This document shows positions 23,075-24,000 of a DNA stretch of 24,000 nucleotides, one piece after another. Every line of letters starts with the position of its first letter. Within the stretch, counting starts at the first letter, position 1. This DNA comes from an uncultured Candidatus Izemoplasmatales bacterium (GTDB lineage: Bacteria > Bacillota_I > Bacilli_A > Izemoplasmatales > Hujiaoplasmataceae). The notes below the pieces were generated by a model. That model saw only the letters and a program-made list of their open reading frames with translations, did not search any database and was not told the origin of the DNA. Position numbers and translations under genes: made by a program. The stretch spans positions 11,293-35,292 of the forward strand of contig CAZNOO010000007.1 in the NCBI GenBank assembly GCA_964574705.1. The letters run 5' to 3'.

Positions 23075-23109
23075 GAAATCCCTTCTTTCTCTATCAATCT
23101 GTTAGTACT

Positions 23110-23118
23110 ATTTTATCA
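23110..23118 (-). promoter_or_regulatory. extended -10 element (TGaTAAAAT) upstream of the hydrolase operon
   Basis: On the minus strand, TGATAAAAT (complement of 23110-23118) lies 35 nt upstream of the ATG at 23074. There is no good -35. The RBS is AGAAGGGA. Confidence 0.4.
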
Positions 23119-23149
23119 TAAATTAGACTGAATGGCTTACATAAATCGC

Positions 23150-23180
23150 AAAAAAAGAATAAGCCATAAAGACTTATTCT
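23150..23180 (-). terminator. intrinsic terminator of the MATE gene
   Basis: Read on the minus strand: AGAATAAG tctttatgg CTTATTCT followed by 6 T. The stem pairs 23156-23163 with 23173-23180. It lies 25 nt downstream of the stop. Confidence 0.7.
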
Positions 23181-23204
23181 GGGTTATATTTGTAATAACA
23201 TTCT

Positions 23205-24000
23205 CTATATTGCTAGAATTTCCTCATAAAGCTCTGGGTCAATTGGAACCATCTGCTTGTTCCTAATTTTATGAACGACTTTCATTAGAATCAAAGTTCC
23301 AAAAACCATGACCATTCCTTTTAGGAAGGTTGATATATTGACTGCCCACCAAATACCCTCTTCTGCCAAAGTCTTCGTCAAAAAGATGGCAAGCGGAATT
23401 CTCAGCAGATTGAAAAAGATTCCAGAAATGGATGGTACAATTGTTTTTCCAACCCCATTAAAAAAGCCGAATCCAATTGCTTCTAACATCATGAATACCT
23501 GCGAAGCACTAATAATTTTCAGATATCTTACACCATACGCAGTCGCTATCGGATCATCGATAAAGATTTTGTATAAAAATGCTGGAGCAAAATAGAGCAA
23601 AACAGTGACTAACAATGCATAAGGAATTAACAGTAATGAGATCATACCAATTCCTTTTTTAATTCGATCAAATTGTTTCGCACCGAAGTTCTGCCCAACA
23701 AATACTGTCAACGCAGTCTGAAAGCCCCCAGCAATCATCCAAGTAAACTGTTCAATCTGGGTTCCAATCCTCTGCGCAGTCACGACTTCGAACCCGTAGA
23801 CATAAACCATACGAGCTATGTAGATTGAAATGGAAGTAAACAACAGACTCTGAATTCCTGCTGGTAATCCAACTTGTATAATGTCTCCGAAAGCGCCTAA
23901 ATCAAAGGCTTTAAAGGAAATTGCATGAATCTTTCGGTTGTTCTTGAAATAGTATATGATGAAAGCAATCATCGTAACTGCTTGCGAAATGACGGTTGCT
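23205..24000 (-). CDS. MATE-family multidrug/toxin efflux transporter, C-terminal part (gene continues beyond the right edge)
   Basis: The reading frame stays open to position 24000 (...ATVISQAVTMIAFII...), so the Met at 23972 is internal. The sequence is polytopic and hydrophobic, with MATE-like segments (VGQNFGAKQFDRIKKG, GFFNGVGKT). Confidence 0.8.
   Translation of the reverse strand, partial: ATVISQAVTMIAFIIYYFKNNRKIHAISFKAFDLGAFGDIIQVGLPAGIQSLLFTSISIYIARMVYVYGFEVVTAQRIGTQIEQFTWMIAGGFQTALTVFVGQNFGAKQFDRIKKGIGMISLLLIPYALLVTVLLYFAPAFLYKIFIDDPIATAYGVRYLKIISASQVFMMLEAIGFGFFNGVGKTIVPSISGIFFNLLRIPLAIFLTKTLAEEGIWWAVNISTFLKGMVMVFGTLILMKVVHKIRNKQMVPIDPELYEEILAI

Noticed and set aside
1-24000. I searched the whole window for CRISPR arrays, tRNA or rRNA genes, IS elements or transposases, prophage or integrative-element borders, toxin-antitoxin pairs and defence-island gene types.
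   Set aside because: I could see no direct-repeat/spacer periodicity and no cloverleaf-capable or rRNA-like segment. There is no transposase or phage-type ORF and no long terminal inverted or direct repeats. The largest noncoding gaps are ~250 bp and are explained by promoters and terminators. Composition looks uniform by eye.

Overview
This is a densely coding, roughly 35% GC stretch of a low-GC Gram-positive type chromosome (Bacillota or Acholeplasma-like). It uses the standard genetic code, with TGA acting as a stop. Promoters are sigma-A type with extended -10 elements (TGnTATAAT), genes have strong GGAGG-type ribosome-binding sites, and most operons end in intrinsic terminators.

Gene order, left to right:
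- a truncated membrane protein gene (-)
- a ROK-like sugar kinase and a PIG-L deacetylase (+)
- a T4 endonuclease V-like glycosylase (+)
- a DUF2892 mini-membrane protein (+)
- a two-module U32 protein translationally coupled to a heterodimeric ABC exporter pair (+)
- an 84-aa membrane protein and a nitroreductase (+)
- xerC and trmFO (-)
- a GH13 amylase (-) divergent from a LacI regulator (+)
- feoA, feoB and a DtxR-family regulator (-)
- a five-gene overlapped operon (-): membrane-anchored alpha/beta hydrolase, GlpA-like FAD dehydrogenase, pyridine-nucleotide-disulfide-type oxidoreductase, DUF1667 protein, ogt
- the 3' part of a MATE efflux gene (-)

I found no rRNA, tRNA, CRISPR array, IS element, prophage or recognisable defence-island signature. 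No intergenic gap is large enough to hide an unannotated gene. My reading is that this is mostly ordinary core chromosome, and I cannot point to a clearly novel system.

The best leads, all of moderate interest:
1. The feo operon, with a near-consensus promoter, two related 16-bp palindromes 42 bp apart, and a FeoB carrying a fused extra transmembrane helix plus Cys-rich tail.
2. The hydrolase / GlpA-like / oxidoreductase / DUF1667 / ogt operon, which lacks any glycerol uptake or kinase gene.
3. The two-module U32 radical-type enzyme coupled by an ATGA overlap to an asymmetric ABC exporter whose second subunit carries a roughly 90-aa extracytoplasmic insertion.

All family calls come from motifs I recognised by eye. 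No database search was run.
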